Of a stretch of 32,000 nt of DNA, positions 9,672 to 19,666 are shown in pieces. A program made the position numbers and the translations under genes. Every line of letters starts with the position of its first letter. Position 1 is the stretch's first letter. The notes beneath the pieces are model-generated. The model made no database searches and had not been told where the DNA came from. It saw nothing but the letters and a program-made list of their open reading frames with translations. The DNA is taken from assembly GCF_000341395.1 (NCBI RefSeq), contig NC_020304.1, positions 3,480,001 through 3,512,000 on the forward strand, written 5' to 3'. The stretch comes from Desulfocapsa sulfexigens DSM 10523. GTDB lineage: Bacteria; Desulfobacterota; Desulfobulbia; Desulfobulbales; Desulfocapsaceae.

Positions 9672-11003
9672 ATGAAAACGACAACTAATAGTCCTCTCGC
9701 TGAACGCATGCGCCCCCAATCACTTACTGAGATAGTGGGCCAGGAAGACATTCTCGGAAAAGGAAAACTCCTGGAAAGCATGCTTGGATCTGGCACCCTG
9801 CCATCTCTTATTTTGTGGGGCCCTCCTGGAACCGGAAAAACTACCCTGGCCAGAATTCTGGCTCGTTCAACCAGTGCTCATTTTGTCTATTTCTCTGCCG
9901 TTCTTTCAGGCGTTAAGGAAGTTCGAAAAATCGTAGAACAGGCAGAAAAACAGAGAGAAATTGAAAATCGTGGAACAATTTTCTTTATTGATGAGATTCA
10001 TCGCTTTAATAAGGGGCAGCAGGACGCCTTTCTTCCCCATGTCGAAAACGGCCTATTCACTCTGATTGGCGCCACAACGGAAAACCCTTCCTTTCAAATC
10101 ATTGCTCCCCTCCTGTCCCGCTGCAAAGTACTGGTACTTTCGCCATTAAGCAAAGCGAACCTTGGGACTATCCTGCAAAGAGCTCTTGATAATCCAAAGC
10201 AGGGCCTCGGCAGGACTGATCTTTTCTTTGACAACAACAGCCTTGAACTCTTAACTACCCTTGCTGATGGCGACGCCAGAAAGGGGCTCAATACTCTGGA
10301 AATTGCCGCAACCATTGTTCTTCACCGGAAAAAAAATGATACTGCAGCCTCCAATGGTATCAGCCCTGATGATATTTTGGAAGCGGCACAGCAGACAGCC
10401 CTTCGCTACGACAGGGATGGCGACGAACATTTCAACCTTATTTCAGCCCTTCACAAAAGCCTTCGTGACTCTGACCCTGACGGCAGTCTCTACTGGCTCT
10501 ACCGAATGCTTGAATCTGGCGAAGATCCACTTTACATCTGCAGGCGCCTCATCCGGTTTGCTTCAGAGGACATTGGATTATCAGACCCACAGGCTCTTAT
10601 TCATACAATCTCCTGCAGAGATGCATATCACACGCTTGGACTTCCAGAAGGAAAACTTGCCATTGCTCAGGCTGTCGCCTACCTTGCTTCAGCTCCGAAG
10701 AGCAACAGTATTTACCGAGCGGAGTCCGATGTTTGCAAATGTATCCGTCAAACCGGCAGTCTTGGAGTACCCCTACATCTTCGCAATGCCCCCACTAGAC
10801 TAATGAAGGAACTCAACTATGGGAAAGAGTATAAATATGCTCATGATGCCGATAATGCACTTGTCGCTCAGGATCACCTTCCCGATGAAATAAAAGAAAA
10901 ACAATTCTACTTTCCAACCACTCGTGGATACGAGGCATTGATTAAGGATCGTCTGGAAAAATGGAAAATAATTCTAAAAAAGAGAAAACAAAATGCCGAA
11001 TAA
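9672..11003 (+). CDS. rarA: Replication-associated recombination protein A (AAA+ ATPase, MgsA/RarA)
   Basis: [22 protein letters not shown], Walker [28 protein letters not shown] and GATTENPSF. Confidence 0.95.
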   Translation: MKTTTNSPLAERMRPQSLTEIVGQEDILGKGKLLESMLGSGTLPSLILWGPPGTGKTTLARILARSTSAHFVYFSAVLSGVKEVRKIVEQAEKQREIENRGTIFFIDEIHRFNKGQQDAFLPHVENGLFTLIGATTENPSFQIIAPLLSRCKVLVLSPLSKANLGTILQRALDNPKQGLGRTDLFFDNNSLELLTTLADGDARKGLNTLEIAATIVLHRKKNDTAASNGISPDDILEAAQQTALRYDRDGDEHFNLISALHKSLRDSDPDGSLYWLYRMLESGEDPLYICRRLIRFASEDIGLSDPQALIHTISCRDAYHTLGLPEGKLAIAQAVAYLASAPKSNSIYRAESDVCKCIRQTGSLGVPLHLRNAPTRLMKELNYGKEYKYAHDADNALVAQDHLPDEIKEKQFYFPTTRGYEALIKDRLEKWKIILKKRKQNAE

Positions 11004-12606
11004 TCGACTATTTTCAAACCACTTTCTTTTACTTGCATGCTCTCTCAGTTTTCTTTTCACCACTATATGTATCCAGCCGGTGACCGCCGCCCCTGGACCT
11101 CCATCCCTTCTATTTTATTCTGGTAATATACAGAGTGAGACAGAACCCTGCGGTTGACAATCAAACCAATTGGGCGGTCTGCCCAAAAAGATTTACCAGA
11201 TCAACTCCCTGAGTAGCAGTGATAGATCCAACAGACTGCTTCTGGATTCCGGCAATCTCCTTTTTAAAAAGAATTCAATAGATAGAAGGCAGAACCAGGA
11301 AATACTGACCGCCGAGACTATTCTCGACATCTATACAGATATTGGCTATGACGCCGTAGCCATAGGCCCCTTGGATCTTGCAGCAGGAATAGATTTTGTT
11401 CAAAAGAGTTACAGCCATGGCTTCCCATGGATTTCTTCAAATATTACAGGCCCTGACGGAAAGCCCTTATTTACCCAATGGATAACCAGAACTCTTGGCG
11501 ATATAAAGGTGGTCATTACCGCAGTCACGGCCCATCCTCAGAAAGAATATAAAAACATCAATATTCAGCCATGGCAGGAATCACTAACGAAAACTCTCGT
11601 TACAATAAAAGAAAAAAAGGAAAATGCTTTTATTATTCTCCTTTCCTCCCTGAACAATTCTGAAAACGAGCAAATAGCTAAACGTTTTCCAGATATTAAT
11701 CTCCTTATTGGAGCAGACCCACACAGGGGGAACATCTCACCACAGCTTATAGGAAATACCCTCCTTACCCAAACGGCAAAACAGGGAAAATATCAGGGCT
11801 TACTTGAAATCATATTTGGTAAACAGAGGATATGGGGACATGATACCACCAGGCAACTTGCCGACCTCCAGAACAAACTGGGATCGGTTAACTGGCAGTT
11901 ACGACGCCTTAAAAAACAATCTAAAAAGAATGGAAATGAAAACAAATACACAGATACTATCCTTCGCCTGGAAAAGGAGAAGGAAGAATTAAACAGAGAG
12001 ATAGACACTTCAAAAAAACTCCTGACCCAGGAGAAAAAAACAGGAGTGAAAAATGATCAATACAATTATCGCTTTATTGGTCTTAAAAAGAACATGCCAA
12101 ACGATCAGCCAACTGCAGAAAAACTCATTTTGCTTAACCGCGAAATCAGAGAATTAAACAAGAAAAACAAACAGCTTGAGAATACTTCGGGAAACCTGTC
12201 CACACTTACTCAAAACATGGTGGGACATTCCGTCTGCGAAACATGCCATGAAACTCAGGCTGAGTTCTGGAAAGCCACCAGACACGCCTCTGCTTACTCC
12301 ACATTGAATAAAAAGGATAAATCGCTCAATTTGGACTGTTTACCCTGTCATTTGACCATAAACCCCAGGAAATTGGATTCCCAGATCAGCCCTGATCCTG
12401 GTTATCTCTCCTATCCGTCAGCATTACGTTCGGTAGGTTGTGAGTCCTGTCACGGCCCTGGCAGGGAACACTCCATTGCTCCTGAAACCTTTACATTATC
12501 CAGAAATCCCGAAAAGGCCCTCTGTCTCGCCTGCCATACTCCAGAGCATGACGACACTTTCAACTATGCTCCAAAGCTAAGCAGTATAGCCTGTCCTTCC
12601 GAATAA
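10993..12606 (+). CDS. Exported calcineurin/5'-nucleotidase-like multiheme c-type cytochrome, candidate selenoprotein (TGA at 11155-11157 read as Sec)
   Basis: ATG at 10993 overlaps the rarA stop. The translation is [54 protein letters not shown]-[TGA]-QSNQLGGLPKK, continuing in frame into the track ORF (11170..12606, TTG start). Four CXXCH motifs are present: CETCH, CLPCH, CESCH, CLACH. Total is 537 aa with Sec at codon 55. Confidence 0.85.
11155..11186 (+). promoter_or_regulatory. UGA (Sec) codon plus candidate bacterial SECIS hairpin
   Basis: TGA (11155-11157), 12 nt, then TTGGGC (11170-11175), loop GGTCT (11176-11180), GCCCAA (11181-11186). The loop GGTCT starts after an 18-nt spacer, the same spacing I recall for E. 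coli fdhF. Confidence 0.85.
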
Positions 12607-12680
12607 AAAGCACATCCTCTTCCATACCTTTTTCCTCTCTCCTTATCAAACTCGGGGAAACACGATTCACCATGACCCAC

Positions 12681-12717
12681 AAAAAAAAAGGTGTTTCGAG
12701 GAAATCCTCGAAACACC
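12681..12717 (-). terminator. Rho-independent terminator for the ppaC transcript
   Basis: Perfect 12-bp stem GGTGTTTCGAGG (12690-12701), AAAT loop, CCTCGAAACACC (12706-12717). The A-tract at 12681-12689 reads as a U-tract on the minus strand. Confidence 0.9.
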
Positions 12718-12765
12718 CTTAACACTTCCAGCTATATAACTGTCAGTATACTTTCTACTCTATCA

Positions 12766-13689
12766 TCAACAACCGAATGCTTTCTGAAGATCAGGAATTA
12801 CCTGCTTTTTACGGCTCATCATTCCGTCAACCCACATGGAAGTTCCTTCCATTTTGGATCCAAAAGCTTTCTCAATAAGAGCTTCATCATCAGAGACAAC
12901 AACCAGCTGAGTTCCTTCTTTTACAACATCAGTGAGCATAAGAAGAACTGTGTGACGTCCGTCTGCTTTTACTGCCTGAGCAGCAGCAAGAAGATCATCA
13001 CGAATAGCAGCAACCTGATCAAGGGTGGCAAGTTCGAGCTGTCCAACACCTACTTTGTTACCTTTCATGTCAAAATCTTTGTAATCACGGAAAAGGAGAT
13101 CCTTTGCAGGAACACCATCAACGGAAGATTTCGCTTTCAGCATATCCATAAAGAGTGCTTCAGTATCTTCAACACCAGCAATAACCTTCAGTTCTGCAAC
13201 AGCAGCTTTGTCATCATCGGTGCAGGTGGGGGATTTGAAATTAACAGTGTCAGAAAGAATCGCTGAAAGCATTCCACCAGCAACATCCTTAGGTATAGCA
13301 ACACCGGCGTCTTTAAACATCTTATTCAGTACGGTTCCGGTACAGCCAACAGGTTCAACACGGACAAGAATAGGCTGGTTGGTGGTTACATCACCAACTT
13401 TATGGTGATCAACGATGGTAACAACCTCAGCTTCGGTTATTCCTGCAGGAGCCTGTCCGATATCACTGAAATCTACAAGAGCGATGGTCTTGCCGGCAAC
13501 ATCCATCATTTCTTCTGGAGCGGTAAGGCCAAATTTTTCGAGTACAACAGTTGACTCAGGATTCAGATTCGCGAGAGAAGACTGCATGCATGCCTTGGCA
13601 TCCTGTCCCTGTGCATTCAAAAGAGCAGCAAGACCGATTGCTGCGGTAACTGAATCGGTATCAGGGTTAGAGTGACCTGTTACAAAAAT
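12766..13689 (-). CDS. ppaC: Manganese-dependent inorganic pyrophosphatase (DHH family)
   Basis: MTIFVTGHSNPDTDSVTAAIGLA, ALVDFSDIGQ, TIVDHHKVGD, EPVGCTGTVLNKM. The start at 13689 is preceded by GGAGGTAACACA. Confidence 0.93.
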   Translation of the reverse strand: MFVTGHSNPDTDSVTAAIGLAALLNAQGQDAKACMQSSLANLNPESTVVLEKFGLTAPEEMMDVAGKTIALVDFSDIGQAPAGITEAEVVTIVDHHKVGDVTTNQPILVRVEPVGCTGTVLNKMFKDAGVAIPKDVAGGMLSAILSDTVNFKSPTCTDDDKAAVAELKVIAGVEDTEALFMDMLKAKSSVDGVPAKDLLFRDYKDFDMKGNKVGVGQLELATLDQVAAIRDDLLAAAQAVKADGRHTVLLMLTDVVKEGTQLVVVSDDEALIEKAFGSKMEGTSMWVDGMMSRKKQVIPDLQKAFGC

Positions 13690-13929
13690 TGTCATTGTGT
13701 TACCTCCGTACATTTTATTTTTTAAAACCACCCAATTTCGGGGGTTCTTTAGCTTCTATTAAATTGTTGGCAACAATAGTGCTTTAGCTGATTTGAGTCA
13801 AGTGGAAAACTAAATTCTCACTGAAAAATAATGGAACCTAAACAGGTTTCTTTGATGGTGACATTAAGAAGAAGCTGCGGTATATTAAGAATAAAAAAAC
13901 AACCCAACCTTTGCTATAATTGATTTCCC

Positions 13930-14982
13930 ATGGCCCCTTCCGAAGAAAAAAAACAGGACACCCTCCCTCCGACCACTAAAAAATCGAATTTTGTCCCATT
14001 CCTTCTGGTCATTCTTCTGTTATTTACAATTGCGGGAATTAGCTTTTATTTCTACTCAGGCTCTCAGCCCCCCCAATCGACTGATCGTGTCGCTGATGCT
14101 TCCCTTGAAAGTGAAACACCAGAGATAACAGAACGTGAGATCGAAGAAGCGTTGCCAAAATCTGAGTCCACGCCTCCACTTACTATCGAAACTGAACCTT
14201 CCCTCGTCGCAGACAATGCAACACAATTATTAGATTCAGACCCGGAAAATGATCTTCCCATAAAGACAACTGCAGAAGAGAACGGTGAGACTCTGCCACT
14301 CTCTCCTGGCCTCAATCAGCTCCCATCAGCTACTAGTACCCCAGCCATTAAAAAAAATTCTATCTGTGATGAGCCAGCCAAACAGCTAGAGAACTTCTAT
14401 AGCCATCTTGATTCTCAATCCTATATGGCTAATTTCACATTAGCAACTTCAAGTGAAAAACACTTCACTGCCCTGATTCACGAACTCCTGGCCAACCCAC
14501 CTCAAGTAACCCGTGAATCAGATGATCTGTATACCATATTAAAGAATACGGCCCATTTTTTCCGAATTTCCGGCAAAGACAATATCCTTATGCTCAAAGG
14601 GATACTGGACAACGAAAAAAGTAGTGTGGAACAAATCCTTGGTAACTACTACCAACTAGTTACCACGCCAGAGTGCAGCACAACTCCATTCGCCTCGGAC
14701 ATTGACCATGATGCTCTCTATGAATATGCCTGTTTTTTCTTAAATACAATGGGCGGGCGACTCTATCTTTTCAGGCGTGATGCCCTGTCGAGAATGGTTG
14801 TGACCTACTATGCAGTCCTTCTGGTTGAACAGGCAAATCTTCAAAAAAACAATCGACATGGAATCGCATTGCGACCCGTCGTTGATATGCTTATTTCGGA
14901 AATGGAGGCAGGAGGTTCAGCCTTGAAACAATCTGACTCCTACCTGGATACCCTGTATCGTCTTAAGGAAAAATACCAGTAG
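13930..14982 (+). CDS. Predicted single-pass membrane protein of unknown function
   Basis: N-terminal TM FVPFLLVILLLFTIAGISFYFYSG, an acidic Pro/Ser/Thr-rich linker, and a helical C-terminal domain with no family I recognise. Confidence 0.7.
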   Translation: MAPSEEKKQDTLPPTTKKSNFVPFLLVILLLFTIAGISFYFYSGSQPPQSTDRVADASLESETPEITEREIEEALPKSESTPPLTIETEPSLVADNATQLLDSDPENDLPIKTTAEENGETLPLSPGLNQLPSATSTPAIKKNSICDEPAKQLENFYSHLDSQSYMANFTLATSSEKHFTALIHELLANPPQVTRESDDLYTILKNTAHFFRISGKDNILMLKGILDNEKSSVEQILGNYYQLVTTPECSTTPFASDIDHDALYEYACFFLNTMGGRLYLFRRDALSRMVVTYYAVLLVEQANLQKNNRHGIALRPVVDMLISEMEAGGSALKQSDSYLDTLYRLKEKYQ

Positions 14983-15060
14983 ACAGTATTTTTGTCATTG
15001 GCCTATTTGATTTTCGAAACGGCAAAAGGTATACTGTCAGGATAAAGATCACTAAATTTC

Positions 15061-15888
15061 TTGTTACGTTGCCAAGGATATCAGTTCATGATGCAAACTG
15101 TCTCTCACTCATACAGTGCGCAGGTTTACAGCCAGGTTCAAAACACCTCAGCTCCCCTTCAACGGAAGGTTAGTACCACAGGGCAAGTCGAAACGCCTCA
15201 TCCTTTTGCGTCACAGCAACAATCCACCGATGACTCCATTTCCTTGTCTCCAGAAGGAAAAGAACTCTCACAGAGAGAAGCCAATTCATTATCCGTCCCT
15301 CAAAAAGAAAAATCACTTATTAACGCACAAAGCAGTACAGAGAACGATACGCAGCAAGCCCTTTCTCAGGAAGATTTACGGCTCATAACAGATCTCCAGA
15401 AACGTGATGCCGAAGTACGTTCCCACGAACAGGCACATCTCTCAGCAGCTGGTCAATACGCCGCCGGAGGAGCATCCTTCTCCTATACTACAGGACCGAA
15501 TGGAAAAAAATATGCCACTGGTGGCGAAGTTCCCATCGATATAGCGAAGGAAAAGACGCCGGAAGCGACAATTCAGAAAATGCGGACTGTTCGACGCGCA
15601 GCCCTGGCCCCGGCAAATCCTTCCGCAACTGATCGCAGTATTGCTGCTCAGGCCAGCTCCAAAGAAGCCCAGGCCATGAAAGAACTTCTGGAGCAGGCTC
15701 AGATATCCCCCCCAACACCTTCGCCTCTTGGCGACACAGCAATTGCAGAAAATACAACCAACCGGGATACTGCTGGAGTTGAAGAAAACCCCACTGAGGC
15801 TCCGGGGAATATGCCGCAGGTATCGGACATTAGCCGGCGCAGATCCATGACCTCGGCTTACCAGGCAATCGCCGCCCTTGCAACCTGA
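15061..15888 (+). CDS. SprA-related / putative metalloprotease family protein (HExxH)
   Basis: LSQEDLRLITDLQKRDAEVRSHEQAHLSAAGQYAAGGASFSYTTGPNGKKYATGGEVPIDIAKEKTPEATIQKMRTVRRAALAP, containing HEQAH. The start may be an internal Met near 15088. Confidence 0.82.
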   Translation: MLRCQGYQFMMQTVSHSYSAQVYSQVQNTSAPLQRKVSTTGQVETPHPFASQQQSTDDSISLSPEGKELSQREANSLSVPQKEKSLINAQSSTENDTQQALSQEDLRLITDLQKRDAEVRSHEQAHLSAAGQYAAGGASFSYTTGPNGKKYATGGEVPIDIAKEKTPEATIQKMRTVRRAALAPANPSATDRSIAAQASSKEAQAMKELLEQAQISPPTPSPLGDTAIAENTTNRDTAGVEENPTEAPGNMPQVSDISRRRSMTSAYQAIAALAT

Positions 15889-15917
15889 CAAATCCCTCTA
15901 CCTTTGACATAAAAGAA

Positions 15918-17222
15918 ATGAATCTGACAGCCTTTAACAAGGATTTTTTTGATTTTTTACAACAGTGCCCAACGCCCTTCCATACTACGAAATATATGAG
16001 TAGCCAATTCCTTCAGGCTGGCTTTACCGCTCTTCATGAAAATGACGAGTGGAAAATTAAAGACGGGCAGGGATACTACTGTATCCGTGATGATGGATCA
16101 ATTATAGCCTTTAAAATTGCTGCCAGCGGCAAAGAGAACACACCATGGCGAATGACAGGTGCTCACACTGACAGTCCGTCATTGCAGCTCAAACCAACCC
16201 CAGTTCGCAAATCCCATTCACTCAACCAGCTTTGTGTTGAAGTGTATGGCGGGCCCCTTCTCACCACCTGGTTTGATCGTGATCTTGGAATAGCCGGACG
16301 TGTCTCCCTGCTTGCCAACAACGCCCTGCTAAATCGTACTATTGATTTTAAAAAAGCAATGGCGATCATTCCAAGCCTTGCCATCCACCTCGACAGAACA
16401 GCGAACAAGGAACATACGGTTGAAAAACAAAAGCAACTCTATGCCCTCCTGTTCCAATCCACCGAAAAAGATCCCCCTTTCATGGACCTCCTTCTTCAGC
16501 AGATCAGCCATGAGTATCCTGAACTCACATTTGATGCACTCCTTGGCTATGACCTTTTCTGTTATGATACCCAAGGTCCTGCGTTACTTGGCCTTAACGA
16601 TGATTTCATAGTATCCGGCCGCCTGGACAATCTGCTCAGTTGTTTTGTAAGTATGCAGGGACTGCTCCAGAAAAACACTACAGGTAACTGCCTTCTACTT
16701 TGCAGCAATCATGAAGAAATCGGATCATCTTCCCTTGCAGGAGCACACGGCACATTTCTCCCTTCGGTACTCAAGCGATTACTGCCAGACCCAGCACGCT
16801 TCAACAGACTTATGAACAGTTCACACTTTATATCACTGGATAACGCCCATGCTACCCATCCAAACTTCAGTGAAAAACATGACCCACAGCATCTTCCACT
16901 TCTGAACAATGGGCCTGTCATCAAATACAACAGTAATCAACGCTATGCCACCACCGGAAGGTCTGCTGCTATGTATAAGACTCTGTGCCATGAAGTAAAT
17001 GTACCCATTCAGACATTCGTAATGAACAACGACCTGACCTGCGGATCAACAATTGGACCCATTGCAGCCACAAGTCTTGGCATTCAGACAGTTGATATTG
17101 GAGCACCAAGTCTTGCCATGCACTCCATTCGTGAAACCACAGGGGCAAAAGACCCTTACATGCTTTACCAGACCATTGCCCATTTCTTTACCCGCCCAAT
17201 TCTGCCCATGACCGAGGCATAG
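15918..17222 (+). CDS. M18 family aminopeptidase (aspartyl aminopeptidase-like)
   Basis: CPTPFHTTKYMSSQFLQAGF, MTGAHTDSPSLQLKP, YGGPLLTTWFDRDLGIAGRV, NHEEIGSSSLAGAHG and RETTGAKDPYMLYQTIAHFF. Confidence 0.92.
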   Translation: MNLTAFNKDFFDFLQQCPTPFHTTKYMSSQFLQAGFTALHENDEWKIKDGQGYYCIRDDGSIIAFKIAASGKENTPWRMTGAHTDSPSLQLKPTPVRKSHSLNQLCVEVYGGPLLTTWFDRDLGIAGRVSLLANNALLNRTIDFKKAMAIIPSLAIHLDRTANKEHTVEKQKQLYALLFQSTEKDPPFMDLLLQQISHEYPELTFDALLGYDLFCYDTQGPALLGLNDDFIVSGRLDNLLSCFVSMQGLLQKNTTGNCLLLCSNHEEIGSSSLAGAHGTFLPSVLKRLLPDPARFNRLMNSSHFISLDNAHATHPNFSEKHDPQHLPLLNNGPVIKYNSNQRYATTGRSAAMYKTLCHEVNVPIQTFVMNNDLTCGSTIGPIAATSLGIQTVDIGAPSLAMHSIRETTGAKDPYMLYQTIAHFFTRPILPMTEA

Positions 17223-17225
17223 CGA

Positions 17226-17888
17226 GTGAGAGCTATCCTTTTTACAGGAATACTCGTGCTCCTTTCCTGTTTTGCTGCTATAGAAATATCCTGGGCGTCA
17301 CAGCTGCACAGCAGTCTCCATAAGTATAAAAATTCACAGGTCAGCCATCTGACCCTGAAGCGACTTTCTCCCTATAATGGCTTTATCAACTACTATTCTC
17401 AATTTGCATTTTTCAGAAGAAACCATAAGGTCAGTCCGGATTTTATCCGTGCACTTATCATTGCCGAATCAAGCGTTGATCCTGTTGCAGTTTCTCCTAA
17501 GGGAGCAATGGGCCTTGGTCAGATTATGTTTCCCACCGGGAAAGAGGCTGCAAGGGAATTGGCGGATTCAGGCTATACATTCCGACATATAAAACCTCAG
17601 AAACTTGCCAACCTTCAGAAAGAAGACCTTTTTGATCCTGCAATTAATATTCTTCTAACCTGCTATCTGATTTCAAAATACAACTACAAGTTTAACGGTA
17701 AACTGGAGCTGGTATTGTCTGCATGGAATGCAGGTGAATATCATCGGGAGTTACAAAGAGGGCGTACCGTCCCCTACCAGGAAACCCACAATCTTATAGG
17801 TAAAATTAATGCCTACTACATTGACCTTTTGCAGAAAAGAAAACGTATATCTGTTTCTTCAAGACAGTATGTCAAGCAACCAGATTAA
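17226..17888 (+). CDS. Lytic transglycosylase (SLT domain)
   Basis: GTG start. VSPDFIRALIIAESSVDPVAVSPKGAMGLGQIMFPTGKEAAREL...NILLTCYLISKYN...LVLSAWNAGEY. Confidence 0.88.
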   Translation: MRAILFTGILVLLSCFAAIEISWASQLHSSLHKYKNSQVSHLTLKRLSPYNGFINYYSQFAFFRRNHKVSPDFIRALIIAESSVDPVAVSPKGAMGLGQIMFPTGKEAARELADSGYTFRHIKPQKLANLQKEDLFDPAINILLTCYLISKYNYKFNGKLELVLSAWNAGEYHRELQRGRTVPYQETHNLIGKINAYYIDLLQKRKRISVSSRQYVKQPD

Positions 17889-18972
17889 TCTGCTGTACCG
17901 TTCCAACCCCGCCATTGTCTCTGACAAAAATACCAGTTGATTGAACTTCGCCCAACATCGCATTCCTGGCATCCGTCAATGTAAACAGTGTTGATGCTGC
18001 CCCTAGGTAGATAGCTCCTATACCTTTTTCGCCAAGGGCAAAAAGGGTATCATTCCCATCACTATCCTTTGTCCAAACACGTAGCTTATTATAAATATTG
18101 TCATTTTCATCTATCCAATTATTCCCATCACCGTCATAGGCTGCCAGGTCACGAAAACCATTGCCGCTTTCGGGGCCAAATAGTTCCGACCCATTGTTAA
18201 TCCTGCCATCTTCGTTACCATCAAGAGCGAGAAATCCACTCCCGGGTTTTAAAAATGAAATCTGATTTGTGGTCCCGTCATTATCAATATCGAAGGAAAA
18301 TTGAGTATCGGTTAGTTCTGCAGCTTTTCCAGAAAAATTGATAACAAGAGGGTCTTTAAGGGCATCCCCTGCTCTGATAGTAACTCGTTCTTCGCTGAAA
18401 AATTCACGACTCATATTGAGATCAACAGTAAATTGGATTTCTTCACCATCTTCGCTAAGAATGATCCCTTTCGCTGAAAATCCTGTAGATTCTTTTTCAT
18501 AATAGGATTCATAGGATTCATATATAAGACCACCCTGGGATGGGGGCTCAACTCTGGCTGACGCATTACCGTCGTGGGCAGAATCGTATTCAGGTGAAGG
18601 TTGTTTGTTGTTTGCCTGTAGATATCCTTGGGAAGAAAGACGAATCCGTTTCCCTGTGAACCGTTCAACCATGGCCCGCAGAATCCGAATATTTAAATCA
18701 ACCATTACTTCACTTTCTTCAGCTGATGGCTCTGTGACTGCATTAATGGGTTGGCTTCTAAGCGCCTGGGCTGAAAGACTCACTTGTGTAGATTCATTGA
18801 GGGATGAGATATGTTTCTGAATATCTATCATCTGTCCTTGGCCGTTATTAGTAGCTATGGCAGGACGTTTTTCCTCACCAGCTTTCCATACAATAAGTGT
18901 TTCTTTTTTTTGGTGATTTTCGACAAGAGATCTTTCAGAATTGAACAGGACTGCTGATTCGGCAATTTTCAT
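17872..18972 (-). CDS. Protein with Dx[DN]xDG-type calcium-binding-like motifs, function unknown
   Basis: SFDIDNDGTTNQISF, LDGNEDGRINNGSELF, AYDGDGNNWIDENDN and DSDGND. Its 3' end overlaps the transglycosylase 3' end convergently by 17 bp. Confidence 0.75.
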   Translation of the reverse strand: MKIAESAVLFNSERSLVENHQKKETLIVWKAGEEKRPAIATNNGQGQMIDIQKHISSLNESTQVSLSAQALRSQPINAVTEPSAEESEVMVDLNIRILRAMVERFTGKRIRLSSQGYLQANNKQPSPEYDSAHDGNASARVEPPSQGGLIYESYESYYEKESTGFSAKGIILSEDGEEIQFTVDLNMSREFFSEERVTIRAGDALKDPLVINFSGKAAELTDTQFSFDIDNDGTTNQISFLKPGSGFLALDGNEDGRINNGSELFGPESGNGFRDLAAYDGDGNNWIDENDNIYNKLRVWTKDSDGNDTLFALGEKGIGAIYLGAASTLFTLTDARNAMLGEVQSTGIFVRDNGGVGTVQQINLVA

Positions 18973-19227
18973 GGCAGGCCCTCCTTGGCATACATGAAAA
19001 AATGAAGACTAGGTGACATGATCGTCCCTGACCAGGGCACCAACAATTGTGTATCCACTATATCGGCAACAGATCACAAAAAATTAAGGGAAATAATCAG
19101 ATTTATAATTATATACAATGACTATTGTTAAATGATATCCTGTACGGTATCCTTATTTTGGTATTTCAGAAAAGTAATACAGCATGACAATACAAACTAT
19201 CTAAAAATTACAGACTCCCATTAGTGT

Positions 19228-19587
19228 ATGAACTCATTCACAGAAAAAAGAGACACAACTCGCCTGCTCATTGAAACTGAGGTTATACTTCTAGACCAGA
19301 AACAAGAAAAGATTATAGGAAAAATTCTAAATTTGAGTGCCAGCGGTGCGCTTATAGCCATAGAAGATGACCTTACAATTGGAAGAAAGTATGATGTGTC
19401 TATAAAATTGCAGGGTGACACAAGTAATTTGTTTATAGAAAATCTTGTTGCCACCGTTGTCCGTAACGAACCCTGTTGTGTTGCTGTGAAATTTTCTGAC
19501 CCCATGGAATGGCTTACAATATTCTACATCTATAAACAAAAACTCAAGGTCTTTAAAAATGGCCAATTGATAATAACCGACGAATAA
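19228..19587 (+). CDS. Single-domain PilZ protein
   Basis: EKRDTTRLLI (RxxxR) and NLSASGALI (NxSxxG), the c-di-GMP-binding signature pair. Confidence 0.8.
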   Translation: MNSFTEKRDTTRLLIETEVILLDQKQEKIIGKILNLSASGALIAIEDDLTIGRKYDVSIKLQGDTSNLFIENLVATVVRNEPCCVAVKFSDPMEWLTIFYIYKQKLKVFKNGQLIITDE

Positions 19588-19610
19588 CCTTTTTCCTATG
19601 CTGAAACGAC

Positions 19611-19646
19611 AAAAGCCCTGTGTCTTACTCAAGACACAGGGCTTTT
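19611..19646. terminator. Bidirectional Rho-independent terminator
   Basis: Perfect 16-bp stem AAAAGCCCTGTGTCTT (19611-19626), ACTC, AAGACACAGGGCTTTT (19631-19646), between the convergent pilZ (+) and mvhD-like (-) genes. Confidence 0.95.
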
Positions 19647-19666
19647 TATGTTTATAAAAAATTGTT

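Noticed and set aside
11155-11157. Cytochrome gene treated as starting at TTG 11170, or as a pseudogene broken by a stop
   Set aside because: The upstream frame encodes a convincing signal peptide and conserved motif, the TGA sits at the expected Cys position, and a canonical SECIS hairpin follows.
17872-17888. 17-bp overlap between lytic transglycosylase and the minus-strand Ca-motif protein as a special regulatory structure
   Set aside because: Small convergent 3' overlaps are common in compact genomes, and no hairpin or motif supports a special role.
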